A DNA stretch of 64,000 nucleotides from Macrostomum lignano (taxonomy: Eukaryota): assembly GCA_002269645.1 (NCBI GenBank), contig NIVC01000450.1:82640-146639 (forward strand), in the 5' to 3' direction. The translations under genes were made by a program, and so were the position numbers. This document shows, piece after piece, positions 61,547-64,000 of this stretch. The notes beneath the pieces are model-generated. The model was not told the origin of the DNA and did no database searches. It was given only the letters and a program-made list of their open reading frames with translations. The stretch's first letter is position 1. Every line of letters starts with the position of its first letter.

Positions 61547-63070
61547 TTAGCACTTATAGTTAACTTTGGGTTTCTCCGAAAGTCGCATGCTTCTTCTGGG
61601 TTCAATAGTATCCTCGGGAACCTCAGGGATCGGAGGTGTACGCAGCCCCTCTTGTTGTGGAGGCTCCTCTTCTTGTTTTCTCCCTGCCGCGTGCTCGCCA
61701 GCCCCGGGTGGCATTCTGTCGGTTTCTGCGGACTCCTCGCCGGTTAGACTGTACGGATGTAGCTGATCCAGATGAACCTTTCGATACTTTGAGTTCGGTT
61801 CATCTGTCTTGATCATGGCCATGCTCCTTCCGATAGGCAAAAGCAGTTTTGCAGTGATTGGCTTGTCTCTCTCATTTTTGTAGATAACTGGATCCTCCAG
61901 TCCAACTTGCCTCTTGGTAAACGGAACCCTGAGCTTGTGCCCCAGCAGCTGTTCCGCTGGTGACGATCCCGCTTTGTTGTCTGATGCGCGATAAAACAGC
62001 AAGAAGCGGTCAACAGACTCTTGACTGAAGCCATTTGCTTTGATGCTTTCTTTTAGCGTGCGTACGAAACGCTCTGCAACCCCATTACTTTGTGGGTGAT
62101 AAGCTGCAATAGTTAGGTGCTCACAGTCAACTCCTGCCAACCACTCCGTAAACTCCTTGCTGATAAAGCATGGTCCGTTATCTGACACAAGTGTCCTTGG
62201 AATTCCAAGCTGAGAAAATGTCCTCCTGAGACACTGAATGACAGTTCGGGAAGTCATATCTTTGGTAATGTGGACTTTAGGATATCCGCTGTAAGAATCT
62301 ACCAGAACGAGCATGTAGTGGTTGTCGATCGGTCCTGCAAAGTCGATATGAACACGATCCCAAGGTCCCGCAGCTTCAGGCCAACTGGAGCGAAAATTCC
62401 TATTTTGCGGTTTTGCGGTCCTACAGATCTGGCACAAACCGACTGTCCGTTCGATATCGCTGTCCATGGCTGGCCACCAAAACTCCGCACGTGCCAAGGA
62501 CTTGGTGCGGGACATTCCCAAATGAACTTTGTGCACTGCTGCAATCGCTTTCATGCGTAAGGATTTTGGAATAATGATCCTGTGGCCTCGAAGAATAACA
62601 TCGTCCTGAACGCAAAGTTCTTCTCGCACATATTTGAAAGGTCGCAGCCTAGGGTGTTTGAAGCTTCCTGTCTTTATAGCGCTCTTCAGCAAGCACATTT
62701 CGTTACACCGCTTCGTTGCTAGCCTGATTTCTTCCAGAGACACTGTAGTTGAAACCGTGTGAATGTTACCAATCTCTAGCGTTTCACCGCTTCTTCCTTG
62801 CGGAACCAATCTTGAGAGCGCGTCAGATGCCATAGCTTTAGATTTTCGATACTCGATCTCGTAATCGTACGCCGTGAGAAATATTTACTCTCACGTTGTT
62901 GATTTACTCGTGCCACCGGTCTTTCTATGTGAAAAGTCTGAGCCTCTGCAGGCTTTGGCAAAATGATTAGCCTTGCCACACCGGTAGCAGGTCTTACCAT
63001 ACGCTGGGCATTTAAACTTTTCATGATTGCCGCCACACTTCTTGCACAGCCGATCCGCCACTGCTGGTGT
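61547..63070 (-). mobile_element. Ty3/Gypsy (Mag-like) LTR retrotransposon internal region: gag zinc knuckles, RNase H end and intact integrase; protease and RT deleted
   Basis: ORF 62833-61547 has HHCC (HKVHLGMSRTK..WWPAM..CQIC) and DDE core (RVHIDFAGP, VSDNGP, YHPQSNGVAERFV); upstream AYDYEIEYRKSKAMASDALSR (RNase H end) and CKKCGGNHEKFKC..CYRCGKANHFAKAC (gag). Confidence 0.92.
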
Positions 63071-63385
63071 TATGGTTTAGGATCTCCGGGGGTCCAGTCA
63101 GTTTAGGGTGTCCGGGGCGGAGACCCTAAACGGTTTAGGATCTCCGCCCGGAGACCCTAAACCGTTTAGGATCTCCCCTGGAGACTTCTAACGGTTATGG
63201 GTCTCCGGGGTAGGAGATCTGAAACGTTTAAGGGTCTCCGGGGCATTTTCAGGTCTCCGCACCCGGAGATCTTAAACCAGTTTCTGATCTCCCCCAGGAG
63301 ACTCTAAACCAGTTTCAGCTCTCCGTCAGGGCCGCAAAAACAAAGTCCTGGTTTAGGATCTCCGGTTTCCGATCTCCCCCCCCAT
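63066..63385. repeat. Cluster of inverted and direct GGAGA(C/T)CCTAAACC motifs, probably a DNA-transposon subterminal region or MITE inserted in gag
   Basis: About ten copies of GGTTTAGGATCTCC or its reverse complement; abuts the gag frame. Confidence 0.55.
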
Positions 63386-63689
63386 TTGTGTAAAACCAAT
63401 GGTCATGGTATTGAACGCGTACATGTATAAGAAGTGGAAAGGCATTTTTATCATCAACGTAGCATTAGTTTTATACGTATATGCTCGCACAACTGTGTAT
63501 TTAAATGGAAAACTGTTTACTGTTAAAGTAATGAAGTAAATGTCCGCTTAGTGAAAAACCGGTGATGCACTTTCAGCGCGGTGCTTGGAGGAAGCATCTC
63601 TTGAGGTGTTTCCATTGACACACCTGGTTAGTCTCCTAGCCTGTACACGTTTTGACGCAAGACACCTGGTCACGATGTAGACTTGCTGA

Positions 63690-64000
63690 CTCCAAGTGTA
63701 TCGCATCTTACCACCTTCCGATCGTCCCTGCGAAGATTGCGAAGCCTAACTCTGTCCCTCGCTTCAGATCCTGAACCCCAGCTACTCCCACGGTGTGACC
63801 ATCTCGCACCTGTCACAAGACTCGACCACTGCCTTGGCAATCGTGTGACGGGGATGTCAGCATAGTATCGTGCAGTAAAAAGGCTCACTGTGCTGTTGAC
63901 ACCCACGTGACTTCCTTGCGAGTGAAGGCTGCGGATCTTATCCGCGTACCTCTTCCTCTGTGAAAAGTACTCTGCGATGGTCTTCAGGCCGCATTCGCTG
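63690..64000 (-). pseudogene. Degenerate retroviral-type integrase zinc-binding fragment (Gypsy- or Ginger-like), running off the window end
   Basis: Minus frames give IRSLHSQGSHVGVNSTVSLFTARYY and, after a frameshift, AKAVVESCDRCEMVTPWE*LG, which fits HHCC followed by PWE. Confidence 0.5.

Overview
Eukaryotic (metazoan) genomic DNA with GT-AG introns and GC-rich exons; most of the longer introns hold their own minisatellite. The style suggests a repeat-rich invertebrate such as the flatworm Macrostomum (inference only, not verifiable here). Genes: the last four coding exons of a neurexin-IV/Caspr-like gene (108-4207, +); two paralogous secreted WSC+PAN/Apple genes in divergent orientation (9755-10519 -, 20436-21667 +) flanking an intronless secreted PAN+LamG-like gene (13998-15086 +) and a decayed ankyrin-kinase; a complete ~26-kb PHTF gene (25838-51965 +) containing a ~3.2-kb tandem duplication that includes a candidate exon; and a 3-exon uracil-DNA glycosylase (54614-56083 +) with an unusual HPSPAA loop. 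Mobile DNA: two tRNA-derived SINE families, a 5'-truncated RNase H-bearing LINE inserted in a satellite with a 14-bp TSD, LINE RT relics, a hAT-type MITE with an 8-bp TSD inside a Helitron-like element, and an internally deleted Gypsy LTR element. Most long ORFs in the supplied track are artefacts of tandem repeats. No CRISPR array, rRNA or bona fide tRNA gene was found, and I cannot claim a wholly new system; the best leads are the WSC/PAN lectin-like cluster, the UNG variant and the exon-containing tandem duplication.
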